64,000 nucleotides of DNA. It comes from an uncultured Pseudomonadales bacterium (GTDB lineage: Bacteria > Pseudomonadota > Alphaproteobacteria > UBA2136 > UBA6156). Shown piece by piece: positions 18,693 to 28,069 of the stretch. The notes beneath the pieces are model-generated. The model saw only the letters and a program-made list of their open reading frames with translations, was not told where the DNA came from and made no database searches. The stretch lies in the NCBI GenBank assembly GCA_964601735.1, contig CAZROO010000006.1, positions 1,198 through 65,197 of the forward strand, in the 5' to 3' direction. Numbering within the stretch: the first letter of the stretch is position 1; every line of letters starts with the position of its first letter. The translations under genes were made by a program, and so were the position numbers.

Positions 18693-19397
18693 TCAAGCGG
18701 AGCGGCGGTTACGCAAGACCTCGCTTATCACGTTCAGCCCCACCGCCAGCAGAATCAGAACCAGCGCAGGCACCACCACCAGATGCGGTGCCACCAGTAT
18801 ATAGCGTGCGCCCTCGCGCAGCATGCCACCTAAACTCGGCTGTGGCGGCGCGATGCCCAGGCCCAGGTAACTCAACCCGGCTTCGGCCACCATGCTGCCG
18901 GCGGCCACCACCAGCGCCTCCACCAGCAGCGGCGCGGCGATGTTCGGCAGCAGGTGCCGGGCCAGCAGCCGCCAACCCCGCACCCCGCCCAGCACCGCGG
19001 CTTGCATGAAGGGCAGGTGCTTCACCCGCCGCGTCTCGGCCACGCTCAGGCGGTAGAACCCGACCCAGCCCAATAAACACAACGCGATCAACACATTCCC
19101 CAGCCCCGGCCCCAACAACGCCGCCAGCGCCAACGCCAGCAGCAGGCCGGGAAAGCTCTGCACCACATCGGCCAGCGCGTTGAAGAACAGCTGCACCGCC
19201 CTGCCCGACCATCCCGCCAGCAGGCCCAGGCCAATGCCGACAAAGCCCGTCACCAGCGTCACCACACACGCCACGGTCAAGCTCACCCGCAAACCGCCCA
19301 GCGCGCGGGCCAGCACGTCGCGGCCCAACTCATCCGTCCCCAGCACATGCCCCGCCCCCGGCGCGGCCAAAATGTGCATCAGGTCAATGGCGTTCAT
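18693..19397 (-). CDS. ABC transporter permease, DppC/OppC family, N-terminally short
   Basis: Start re-picked at MNAIDLMHILAAPGAGHVLGTDELGRDVL. Has the conserved HxLGTDxLGRD loop and an EAA-type permease core. The usual first TM before that loop is absent. The 480-aa ORF-track version is an out-of-frame extension over the upstream gene. Confidence 0.7.
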   Translation of the reverse strand: MNAIDLMHILAAPGAGHVLGTDELGRDVLARALGGLRVSLTVACVVTLVTGFVGIGLGLLAGWSGRAVQLFFNALADVVQSFPGLLLALALAALLGPGLGNVLIALCLLGWVGFYRLSVAETRRVKHLPFMQAAVLGGVRGWRLLARHLLPNIAAPLLVEALVVAAGSMVAEAGLSYLGLGIAPPQPSLGGMLREGARYILVAPHLVVVPALVLILLAVGLNVISEVLRNRRSA

Positions 19398-19405
19398 GTC
19401 GAGCA

Positions 19406-20314
19406 CTATTTTGCCCTCCGCAAGCGGGGGTCGAGCAGGGCCTGCAAAATATCCGCCAGCAGAATGGCGAGGCCATAGCCGACACTGATAAGAATCAGGC
19501 ACCCCTGCACCACGGGGTAGTCGCGGGCGTTCAGGCTCTCCACCAGCAGGTTGCCGATGCCCGGCCAGCCGAACACCGCCTCGGTCAGCACCGTGCCGGT
19601 GAGCACCATGCCCAACTGAAGGCAAAACACCAGCACCACCGGCCCCAGCGCGTTGCGCAGCCAGTGGCGCAGCAGCTCGCGCATGCCGCCGCCCTTGGCC
19701 GCGACGGTCAGGCCGTAGGCCTTGCGCCGCTCCTCCGCCAGCGTGGCCGCCAGCAGCCGCGCCAGCACCGCGCCCATGCCCAGCCCCAGCGTCAGCGCGG
19801 GCAGCACCAAACTCGCCAGGCCGTTCATGCCACTCACCGGAAACCACCCCAGCCCCACGGCACCGCCTAATATAAGGAGCGGTCCCAGCACAAAGGTCGG
19901 CACCGCAATCACCGCCACCACCAGCATCTGGCCCACCCGGCTCCGCCGCAGGCCAAGCAATATCCCGGCGGGAATTCCCACCAGCAACGCCACCATCATC
20001 GCCGCGCCGCCCAGCATTCCGGTGGCAGGCAGGCGCTGCGCAATCAACGAAAGCACCGGCTGGCCGCTCAGCAGGCTGGCGCCCCAGTTGCCATGAACCA
20101 GGCCGCTTAAATAAGCCACCAGCGCGGCGGGCCACGGCACGTCCAGCCCCAACGCGTGGCGCAAGCGGTCAGCGTCGGCGGGCGCGGTCCAGTCGCCCAG
20201 CAGCATCGCCACCGGGTCGCCCGGCACCACCCGCAGCAGGGCGAATACGATAATAACCACCGCCAGCGTCGTCAGCAGCAATCTCAATACGCGAAAACCC
20301 AGGGCCTGCACCAT
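19406..20314 (-). CDS. ABC transporter permease, DppB/OppB family
   Basis: MVQALGFRVLRLLLTTLAVVIIVFALLRVVPGDPV N-terminus, typical permease core, ends ...LLDPRLRRAK. Start could also be 20335. Confidence 0.8.
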   Translation of the reverse strand: MVQALGFRVLRLLLTTLAVVIIVFALLRVVPGDPVAMLLGDWTAPADADRLRHALGLDVPWPAALVAYLSGLVHGNWGASLLSGQPVLSLIAQRLPATGMLGGAAMMVALLVGIPAGILLGLRRSRVGQMLVVAVIAVPTFVLGPLLILGGAVGLGWFPVSGMNGLASLVLPALTLGLGMGAVLARLLAATLAEERRKAYGLTVAAKGGGMRELLRHWLRNALGPVVLVFCLQLGMVLTGTVLTEAVFGWPGIGNLLVESLNARDYPVVQGCLILISVGYGLAILLADILQALLDPRLRRAK

Positions 20315-20377
20315 TCGCCGCCAATCCTGCCTCATAAGCCGCCGCTTTGGCAGTAAAAAACCGACACACCGCACCAA

Positions 20378-20682
20378 AATGTGACACTCTCCCGACAGCG
20401 TTGCGACACTTGTGCGTTGACCCTGCTTCCGCTATATATGTGTCCACAAACGGGCGACCATTTGCGCCCTGAGAGAAACGGAATTCGCTGCATCGCCAAC
20501 AGCTTAGAGCAAAAGCCTCAAGCAACCGGCACCGCAGCATAACAAAACCGCAAGTTTAACGCCGCGGTTAATGAAGAAAAGTTTTTAAAGGCTTAAAATG
20601 TTTGGGCTTTTACTAGCAACACCCCTTCTCAGCCTTATCACGGGGCTCGCGGCGTCATCCTTGCCAATCAAGGAGATAGCTT
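20378..20682 (+). promoter_or_regulatory. rne promoter region and long 5' leader
   Basis: 305-bp gene-free, lower-GC region upstream of rne. Strong SD AAGGAG 8 nt before the ATG. TTGACC and TATATAT elements near 20415..20440 with imperfect spacing. Long autoregulatory rne leaders are known in E. coli. Confidence 0.45.
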
Positions 20683-23271
20683 ATGAAGCGCATGCTTATC
20701 GACGCCACCCACGCCGACGAACAACGGGTGGTATTGCTCGACGGTAATTACGTCGACGATTTCGAAGCCGAAACCTCGGGAAAGACCCAAACCAAGTCAA
20801 ATATTTACGTGGCCCATGTGAGCCGTGTGGAGCCCAGCCTCCAGGCCGCCTTCATCAGCTACGGCGCGGCCCGTAATGGTTTCCTCGCCTTTGGCGAAGT
20901 CCACCCCGCCTTCTTCAACCTGCCCAAGGGTGAAAAAGCAGAATTGCTGGAAGAACTTATCGAAGTCGCCGCGCGCCGCCGCCAACGCGACGGCGACGAA
21001 CTCCCCGGCCTCCCCCTGCCTGAAAACGGCAATGGTGACGCGCCCCTGGATGATGAAGCCCTGGATGCCAAGGCTGCCGAAATTGCCGCCGCGCAAGCTG
21101 ACGAAACTGCTGATAGCAAAGAAGAAAAAGCCAAAGGCAACAAGCGCCGCCCGCGCCGCGCCAAGGCTGACAAGAGTGCCGCCGCCAGCGCCGAGACCGC
21201 TCCCGCCGTGCGCGGCGAAGCCGCCCCGGTGCGTGAGCGTAAAAACTTCGAGCGCAAGCCGCCTATCCACCGCCGCTACCGCATCCAGGACGTTCTGAAA
21301 GAAGGCCAGAAGATTCTCATTCAAGTGGTCAAGGAAGAACGCGGCAGCAAGGGCGCGGCGCTCACCACCTACTTCTCGCTGCCCGGCCGCTACACGGTGC
21401 TGATGCCCAACACCCCCTACGCGGGCGGCATCTCACGCAAAATCACCGACCACGATGAACGCCGCCAACTGCGCGACACCTACGCCGCGCTCAAGATTCC
21501 ACACGAAATGGGGCTGATTATCCGCACCGCCGGGGTAGGCCAGGAAATCGAGGATATCCGCCGCGATTACGATAACCTCACCAGCCTGTGGGAAAACATC
21601 CAGAAGAAGTTCACGGAAGAAGACGACATCCAGTGCGTCCACGAGGACGGCTCGCTGATTATCCGGGCGCTGCGCGACATGATGAGCGACGACGTTGATG
21701 AAGTCATCATCGCCGGCAAGCACGCCGCCAAAACTGCCAAGGATTACTGCAAGAGCCTGATGCCCGGCATGGCCAAGATTTTGCACGAGCACAAGGAAGA
21801 CACCCCACTGTTCGCCCAGTACAACGTCGAGGAAAAGCTCAACCAGTTGCACTACAGCCGCGTAGTTCTGCCCAGCGGCGGCTACCTGGTCATCAACCCC
21901 ACCGAGGCGCTGGTGGCCATCGACATCAACAGCGGCCGCGCCACGCAGGAACGCAACATCGAGGAGACCGCGCTTAAAACCAACCTTGAAGCCGCCGAGG
22001 AAATCGCCCGCCAGATTCGCTTGCGCGACCTCGCCGGTCTTATCGTCGTCGACTTTATTGACATGGAAGACCACCGCAACACCCGCAAGGTGGAAAACGC
22101 CATGCGCCGGGCGCTCCGCCGCGACCGCGCGCGCATCCAGTTCGGCAGCATTTCCGATTTCGGCCTGATGGAAATTTCGCGCCAGCGCCTGCGCCCGAGC
22201 TTTGGCGAAAGCCACTTCGTCACCTGCCCGCACTGCCACGGCAGCGGCCACATTCACAGCCCGGCCACTGCGGCTTTGATGATTCTGCGCCGCCTTGAAG
22301 ACGACGACGTGCACGGCGCCGACCGCATTTACGTGACCACCAGCAGCGCCCAGGTGCTGTGGATGCTCAACCACAAGCGCGACCACATCCGCGAGCTGGA
22401 AAGTAAGTACAAGTACTCACTGCAATTCAAGGCCGACGACAGCCTGATTGCGCCGGACCACCGTCTTGACCTCACCCGGGTGAAGGCCGACGGCACCGAA
22501 ACCAGCCAAACCATCAACGTATCCTTACGCGAACAGCCCGAGCTGCCTCCGGAACTGCGCATGCGCGAACGCGGAAGAAACGGCCGTGACCGCAACGAAC
22601 GCCGCCGCGAGCGCGACGAGGATCGTCCGCAACGCGACCAGCGTGCCTCGGAAAGCAATAACGAACGCGAAGAACGCGACGACAATGGCCGTCGCGAGCG
22701 CGGCGGGCGGGGCCGTGACCGCAATCGCGGCCGCGACCGGGATGACCGTGGCAACCGCAATGATGACCGCGGCGGGCGCCGGCCGCAGCGCATCAGCGCC
22801 GAGGCCGCCGAGAGCAGCGCCGATGCGGCGGAAAGCCGCGCCACCTCGCGTGACAGCGCCAACGAAGGCAGCACCCCGGGTCAGGCCCGAGGCCAAGGCC
22901 GCCCGCAACGCGACAACAAGCGCGATGGCCGCCGCGACGCCCGGAATAATGAAACCCCGCGGCCCGCGCGTCCGGCCCGGGCCGCCGCCCCCGCCGAAGA
23001 CAAACCGCTGCAAGTGCAGCAGGTGACGGTGGGCAGCGACGACGACACGCCGGTCATCAAGGCCGCACCGCGCCGTAAGTTCGCCATCAAAAAGCAGGAA
23101 GACACCGACGCCGCCGACGCGCCGCTGGAAGTGCGGAACATCGCCCAGGACCGTGGCGGCGACAGCGCCACGCCCAAAATCTCGCGGGCCAGCAAAAAGG
23201 AAGCCCCCGTCGCCAAGGTCAAGGCACCGAAGGAAGGCGGCATCCTCGCCCGCATCATGGGCAAACAATAG
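20683..23271 (+). CDS. rne: Ribonuclease E
   Basis: 862 aa with an S1 domain N-terminus (MKRMLIDATHADEQRVVLLDG...NIYVAHVSRVEPSLQAAFISYG). Catalytic core carries DFIDM and CPHCHGSG (Zn-link). Long Arg/Asp/Glu-rich scaffold tail. Confidence 0.95.
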   Translation: MKRMLIDATHADEQRVVLLDGNYVDDFEAETSGKTQTKSNIYVAHVSRVEPSLQAAFISYGAARNGFLAFGEVHPAFFNLPKGEKAELLEELIEVAARRRQRDGDELPGLPLPENGNGDAPLDDEALDAKAAEIAAAQADETADSKEEKAKGNKRRPRRAKADKSAAASAETAPAVRGEAAPVRERKNFERKPPIHRRYRIQDVLKEGQKILIQVVKEERGSKGAALTTYFSLPGRYTVLMPNTPYAGGISRKITDHDERRQLRDTYAALKIPHEMGLIIRTAGVGQEIEDIRRDYDNLTSLWENIQKKFTEEDDIQCVHEDGSLIIRALRDMMSDDVDEVIIAGKHAAKTAKDYCKSLMPGMAKILHEHKEDTPLFAQYNVEEKLNQLHYSRVVLPSGGYLVINPTEALVAIDINSGRATQERNIEETALKTNLEAAEEIARQIRLRDLAGLIVVDFIDMEDHRNTRKVENAMRRALRRDRARIQFGSISDFGLMEISRQRLRPSFGESHFVTCPHCHGSGHIHSPATAALMILRRLEDDDVHGADRIYVTTSSAQVLWMLNHKRDHIRELESKYKYSLQFKADDSLIAPDHRLDLTRVKADGTETSQTINVSLREQPELPPELRMRERGRNGRDRNERRRERDEDRPQRDQRASESNNEREERDDNGRRERGGRGRDRNRGRDRDDRGNRNDDRGGRRPQRISAEAAESSADAAESRATSRDSANEGSTPGQARGQGRPQRDNKRDGRRDARNNETPRPARPARAAAPAEDKPLQVQQVTVGSDDDTPVIKAAPRRKFAIKKQEDTDAADAPLEVRNIAQDRGGDSATPKISRASKKEAPVAKVKAPKEGGILARIMGKQ

Positions 23272-23350
23272 GTATCAGGCATCAGGTTACAGGCGTCAGG
23301 GATTAAGCATTTGTCTTGTCCCTGGCGCCTGTTGCCTATTGCCTGACGCC
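23270..23350. repeat. Heptad-array hairpin immediately after the rne stop
   Basis: aggtatc aggcatc aggttac aggcgtc aggga -loop- tccctgg cgcctgt tgcctat tgcctga cgcc. The loop-proximal 14 nt pair with one mismatch. Confidence 0.65.
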
Positions 23351-23392
23351 TTGTTTAGCCTCACTCTGGCTTCAATAACAAAGGCCAGTTAA

Positions 23393-24118
23393 ATGAGCGA
23401 CGATACCAAATTCGATTTTGAAGCCCAGTGCGCCCAAAATTTGGAGCGCGGCCGTAGCCTGGTGGCCGATTTCTGGCAGGCCAACGCCGCCTACTGGCAG
23501 ACCGTAGCCGACATCATGGGCGCCCGCGCCGCCACCGCCAGCAACTGGTGGCAGGCCCTGCCCCAGCAATGGCAGGCCGTGGCACAAGCCCAGGGCTGGC
23601 CCGCGGTGATGGAACAGTTCAGCCGCTGGCAGCAGCAAAACTGGCTTGCCGCCTGGCACCTGAACGTGGACACCCACCACCAGCGCGCGCATTTATGGAG
23701 CGAATGGCAAGCCCTGGCCGAGCGCAACGGCCTGATGCCCAAGCCCAAGGAGGCTGAAAAGCCCATCGTCAAATCGTCGTATTTCGCGGCTAATCCGCAA
23801 GCAGCGGCGCAGGCGCAGCCCAAACCGGCGCAGGCTGCTCCCGCCCCGGCCAAGCCTGCTCCAGCAGCCCCCTCACCGGTTCTGTCGAACGGCTACGTCC
23901 CGCAACCGCTGGGTACTTTTATTCCCGGCCCGGCCAAAAAGATTATCGTCGAGGCCGCGCCTTCGGCCCCGGCCCAGCAAGAGCCCAACGGCCACGAACA
24001 TCCCACGCCCGAACCCGCCCGCAACGCCGCCCAGGCCGCGACGTTGGCCGGGGCCACATCGGCCCGCCGCAGCGTGGTGGCCAGCCACCGCAGCCGCACG
24101 GCCCGGCGCACGCATTAA
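23393..24118 (+). CDS. Hypothetical Trp/Gln-rich protein with Ala/Pro-rich linker and basic tail
   Basis: 241 aa with high GC3 codon pattern. The N-terminal ~115 aa have 12 Trp in W-Q contexts (FWQANAAYWQ, NWWQALPQQWQ, RWQQQNWLAAW). No motif recognised. Confidence 0.55.
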   Translation: MSDDTKFDFEAQCAQNLERGRSLVADFWQANAAYWQTVADIMGARAATASNWWQALPQQWQAVAQAQGWPAVMEQFSRWQQQNWLAAWHLNVDTHHQRAHLWSEWQALAERNGLMPKPKEAEKPIVKSSYFAANPQAAAQAQPKPAQAAPAPAKPAPAAPSPVLSNGYVPQPLGTFIPGPAKKIIVEAAPSAPAQQEPNGHEHPTPEPARNAAQAATLAGATSARRSVVASHRSRTARRTH

Positions 24119-24133
24119 ACCATTCCAATATAT

Positions 24134-24161
24134 AAAAAAGCCGACCCGAAGGTCGGCTTTT
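24134..24161 (+). terminator. Rho-independent terminator
   Basis: aaaaaaGCCGACCcgaaGGTCGGCtttt. Confidence 0.85.
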
Positions 24162-24334
24162 GCAATTGAGGGAAATTCCTCATCGAAAATGGGAGGCCCG
24201 GATGGGGCGGCTGTGGGGGCCAGCGGGGGGCACCCATCCGGGCCAGCTGCGAAAAGCTGAGGTACGGGGGCTGAAGCCTTTCGCAGGAACAGTTTTAACT
24301 GGTCAAAAGTAAAATGAAGTGAGACAAATAATTA

Positions 24335-25648
24335 ATGCGTTTGATTTATGCCGTTACGCTTGGCCTGTTGTCAATAGCCCCCCTTGCGCCCTGCGCCGCC
24401 TGGGCCGAAAGCTACATCCTCGACGCCGAAACCAACGCCTACTTCGCCGGGCTGGCCAAGCCGCTGCTGGCGCACATGCCGCACAGTGACGGTATCCACT
24501 TTTTGATGGTCAACGACCCCGACATCAACGCCTATGTCGACGGCGACAAGAACATCCACCTCAACAGCGGGCTTCTTTTAAAAGCGACCAACGGCGATGA
24601 AATCCGCGGCGTCATCGCCCACGAAATGGGCCACGTCGCCAGCCAGCACATCTTCAAGGCCGAGGGCGACAAAACCCCGCTGGTGTCGGCCATCGCGGGC
24701 GCGGTGCTGGGGGTGGGCGCGGCGGCGGCGGGCGCGCCGCAGGCCGGGGCCGCCATCATGACCGGCGGCCAGGCTGCGGGCCTCGCCGCCATCCTCGGCC
24801 ATTCCCGCCAGGTGGAAATGGAGGCCGACAACCGCGCGGTGAGCGCCCTGCACGCCGCCGGTTATCCGGTGAACGGCATGACCACCCTGTTCGGCAAGCT
24901 ACGCACCGAAATGCAACTGAGTTACGGCAGCCCGCCGCCTTACCTGCTCACCCACCCAATGCCCGCCGAGCGGATGCAGAACCTGCAGCTCATCGCAGCG
25001 CATGAGCCCTCCGGAACCCAGCCGCCCGCCAGCATGGCCGCCTTCAAGCGCATCCAGGCGCGGGTGTACGCGCTCAGCCACACGCCGGTGGAAACCCTGC
25101 GCCAGTACCCGGGCACCGACGCCGACAGCCGCTACGCCCGCGCCATCGCCCTGGCCGAGCAGGGCAAGGTGAACGATGCCAAGGCGCTGATGGACGGCTT
25201 GCTAAAGGAGCACCCACGCGACTACTTCTACCGCGCCACCGCTGCCGACCTGGCCGAAGACCGCGGCGACCTGCAAACCTCCAAAACCCTGCTGGAACAA
25301 CTGGTGCGCGAGGATTCCAGCCAGATTCTGCTGCAATTCCAACTCGGCGACGTGCTGCGCAACCTCGACCAGCCGGCGGCGGCCCTCCCCCACCTTGAGC
25401 AGGTGACGCGCGACTGGCGGGTGTGGGCCGAGCCGTGGCAGAGCCTGGGCATTGCTTACGGCCAGTTGGGGCGCCTGGCCGAATCGCAGCTGGCGCTGGC
25501 CGAATACAGCTATAACGCCTATGACAAAACGGGCGCCGAACAGCACCTCAAAAGCGCCGAGGCCGAACTCAAGAAAAAGCCCGATTCCAGGCTTGCCAGC
25601 TGGCAGGAGGATATCAAATCACGGGTTAAAGACCTCCCCGGACGTTAA
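24335..25648 (+). CDS. M48-family zinc metalloprotease with C-terminal TPR repeats (BepA/YfgC-like)
   Basis: Signal peptide. HEMGHV zinc motif (IAHEMGHVASQH) and a downstream Glu ligand region. TPR-like C-terminal half. Confidence 0.8.
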   Translation: MRLIYAVTLGLLSIAPLAPCAAWAESYILDAETNAYFAGLAKPLLAHMPHSDGIHFLMVNDPDINAYVDGDKNIHLNSGLLLKATNGDEIRGVIAHEMGHVASQHIFKAEGDKTPLVSAIAGAVLGVGAAAAGAPQAGAAIMTGGQAAGLAAILGHSRQVEMEADNRAVSALHAAGYPVNGMTTLFGKLRTEMQLSYGSPPPYLLTHPMPAERMQNLQLIAAHEPSGTQPPASMAAFKRIQARVYALSHTPVETLRQYPGTDADSRYARAIALAEQGKVNDAKALMDGLLKEHPRDYFYRATAADLAEDRGDLQTSKTLLEQLVREDSSQILLQFQLGDVLRNLDQPAAALPHLEQVTRDWRVWAEPWQSLGIAYGQLGRLAESQLALAEYSYNAYDKTGAEQHLKSAEAELKKKPDSRLASWQEDIKSRVKDLPGR

Positions 25649-25700
25649 ATAAGCATACCGGTTGGGAAACAAGGGCTTTTGTGCTAAATAGCCCCCAAGA

Positions 25701-26048
25701 ATGCCGCGCAAACCAGACCCCCTTACCCCCAAACGCCCGGTCGGCCGCCCCAAAGGCAGCACCAAGCTGGCGCGCCAGCAGCAGGTCATGATGGCTGAAG
25801 TCGAGGCTGCGGGCCTGCCGCTGCCGCCGATTGTGCCCAAAAAGGTCAACCTGGCTCCCTACCCCGACCTTTCCATGGCCATCGTCATGCTGCGCCACCG
25901 CCTGGCCACCGTGGGCCCGCAACGCAAGGATTTGATTGAAAGCTGGCTCGGCCAGCTCGAGGATATCCACGCCAACATCGTCAAGCTGCGCAAGCTTGAA
26001 ATTCTCTCCGAGAATCTTACATCTAAGGGCAGCAAGCCCAAGTTTTAA
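25701..26048 (+). CDS. Small hypothetical protein with N-terminal AT-hook-like motif
   Basis: 115 aa with good GC3 bias. N-terminus MPRKPDPLTPKRPVGRPKGSTK contains a GRP core flanked by basic residues. Helical C-terminal part. Confidence 0.55.
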   Translation: MPRKPDPLTPKRPVGRPKGSTKLARQQQVMMAEVEAAGLPLPPIVPKKVNLAPYPDLSMAIVMLRHRLATVGPQRKDLIESWLGQLEDIHANIVKLRKLEILSENLTSKGSKPKF

Positions 26049-26063
26049 CGAAAGTTAACCGAT

Positions 26064-26552
26064 ATGCCCGCGAAAAAGCAAAAGTCTGCCCCTAAGGCCG
26101 TTACCAAGGCTCCGGCCTCCATCACCATCAAGCCGCTGACCGAGGGCGTGTTGGAGCAGCTCAACGGCTTCCTCAAAAAGTCCGGCCTGGCGGAAATCGA
26201 AATCAAGCAGGGCGACGCCAGCGTGCGCCTGTCGCGCAGCGGCGGCATTGCTCCGTCCAAATCCGCCCCGGCTGCCATTGCAGCCGAAACCGCCCCGGCT
26301 CCGGCTGCCTCCGCCCCGGCCAACACCTTCAACGCGCCGATGATCGGCACCTTTTACCGCAGCGCCAGCCCCGAGGCCGCGCCGTTCGTCAAGGTGGGCG
26401 ACAGTATCCGCGCCGGGCAAACCGTCTGCATCATCGAAGCGATGAAAACCATGAACCAGATCGAGGCCGACCGCGCGGGTAAGGTGGTCAAGATCCTGGT
26501 CGAAAACGCCACGCCGGTCGAGTACGGCCAACCGCTGTTCGTGATTGAGTAA
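26064..26552 (+). CDS. accB: Acetyl-CoA carboxylase biotin carboxyl carrier protein
   Basis: Ala/Pro-rich linker and biotinylation motif CIIEAMKTMNQIEAD. Confidence 0.95.
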   Translation: MPAKKQKSAPKAVTKAPASITIKPLTEGVLEQLNGFLKKSGLAEIEIKQGDASVRLSRSGGIAPSKSAPAAIAAETAPAPAASAPANTFNAPMIGTFYRSASPEAAPFVKVGDSIRAGQTVCIIEAMKTMNQIEADRAGKVVKILVENATPVEYGQPLFVIE

Positions 26553-26690
26553 AATTCGTTATCCCTCTTATGTCATTGTCCCTGACCTGCAAAAAATATG
26601 TCCGGCGCCCCGGCGAAGGCCGGGGCCTCGGCAAATGTTCATATCACCTCAAACGAGGCCCCGTTCTTCAACGGGGCGCCGGAGTCTTGC

Positions 26691-28061
26691 ATGTTTAAAA
26701 AAATCCTTATTGCTAATCGAGGTGAAATTGCGGTCCGCGTCCACCGCGCCTGCCGCGAGATGGGAATCGAGACCGTCGCCGTCCACAGTACGGCCGACGA
26801 AACCGCCCTGCACGTCAAGCTGGCCAATGAGTCGGTGTGCATCGGCCCGGCCCCGGCGGGCCAGAGCTACCTCAACATTCCGGCCATCCTTTCCGCCGCC
26901 GAAGTCACCGACGCCGAAGCCATCCACCCCGGCTACGGCTTTCTGGCCGAAAACGCCAAGTTCGCCGAAATCGTCACCAAGCTGGGCTTCGCTTTCATCG
27001 GCCCCACCGCCGAGCATATCCGCCTGATGGGCGACAAAATCGCCGCCATCGACTATGCCAAGAAGGTCGGCCTCCCCACCATTCCGGGCAGCGACGGTGA
27101 ACTCGACGGCGAAAAGGAAGCACTGGCCGCCGCCGAGCGCATCGGCTACCCGGTCATCGTCAAGGCGGCGGCGGGCGGCGGCGGCCGCGGCATGAAGGTG
27201 GCGCACAGCGCCGCCGCACTTTCCACCGCGGTGCACACCGCCATGTCCGAGGCCAAGGCCGCCTACGGCGATGGCCGCGTCTACCTCGAAAAATTCCTCG
27301 AAGAGCCCCGCCACATCGAAGTACAGGTACTGTGCGACAGCCACGGCAACGTCAGCATCCTCGGCGAGCGCGACTGTTCGCTGCAACGCCGCCACCAGAA
27401 GGTGGTGGAAGAAACCCCCTCGCCCGCCCTCGTGAATGGCAAGGGCGAGGCCCTGCGCGAAAAGCTTTTTGCGGCGGTGGCCAACGCCTGCAAAAAAATG
27501 AACTACCTCGGCGCGGGCACCATCGAATTCCTCTACGAGAACGGCAAATTCTATTTCATCGAAATGAACACCCGCCTGCAGGTGGAACACCCGGTCACCG
27601 AAATGGTCACCGGCCTCGACCTCGTTGCCGAGCAAATCCGCATCGCGGCGGGCGAGGAACTGCGCGTCAACGCGCCCGCGCCACTTAATTACGTGAGGCC
27701 GCGCGGCCACAGCATCGAGGTGCGCATCAACGCCGAAGACCCCGACACCTTCCGCCCCACGCCGGGCAAGGTGACCGACTATTTCGCACCCGGCGGCCCG
27801 GGCGTGCGGGTGGACAGCGCGCTCTACCCCGGCTACAGCGTGCCGCCATATTACGACAGCACCGTGGCCAAGCTCATCGTCCACGGCGCCAACCGCGAAG
27901 AGGCGGTGCTGAGGCTCCGCCGCGCGCTGGAGGAATTCTTCATCGGCGGGCTCACCACCAACCTGCCGCTGCTGCGCAAGATCGCCGCGACCAACGCCTT
28001 TATGGCGGGTAATTACAACATTCACTCACTCACGCACTTCCTTGAAGACGGACGGCTCTAA
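26691..28061 (+). CDS. accC: Acetyl-CoA carboxylase biotin carboxylase subunit
   Basis: Start re-picked at [20 protein letters not shown]-grasp motifs and GGGGRGM present. About 456 aa. Confidence 0.95.
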   Translation: MFKKILIANRGEIAVRVHRACREMGIETVAVHSTADETALHVKLANESVCIGPAPAGQSYLNIPAILSAAEVTDAEAIHPGYGFLAENAKFAEIVTKLGFAFIGPTAEHIRLMGDKIAAIDYAKKVGLPTIPGSDGELDGEKEALAAAERIGYPVIVKAAAGGGGRGMKVAHSAAALSTAVHTAMSEAKAAYGDGRVYLEKFLEEPRHIEVQVLCDSHGNVSILGERDCSLQRRHQKVVEETPSPALVNGKGEALREKLFAAVANACKKMNYLGAGTIEFLYENGKFYFIEMNTRLQVEHPVTEMVTGLDLVAEQIRIAAGEELRVNAPAPLNYVRPRGHSIEVRINAEDPDTFRPTPGKVTDYFAPGGPGVRVDSALYPGYSVPPYYDSTVAKLIVHGANREEAVLRLRRALEEFFIGGLTTNLPLLRKIAATNAFMAGNYNIHSLTHFLEDGRL

Positions 28062-28069
28062 AAAGGCTC

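Noticed and set aside
19398-20135. N-terminal 245 aa of the 480-aa ORF 18693..20135, which makes the DppC-like gene look like a large fusion protein.
   Set aside because: This part overlaps the well-formed DppB-like gene in another frame and is Arg/Gly/Ala junk. Recognisable permease sequence begins only at MNAIDL (19397).
22560-22950. Repetitive Arg/Asp/Glu/Gly-rich segment of rne (RDR/RGR repeats) as a separate repeat element or gene.
   Set aside because: It is in frame within RNase E and typical of its non-catalytic scaffold region. It is low-complexity coding sequence, not an independent feature.
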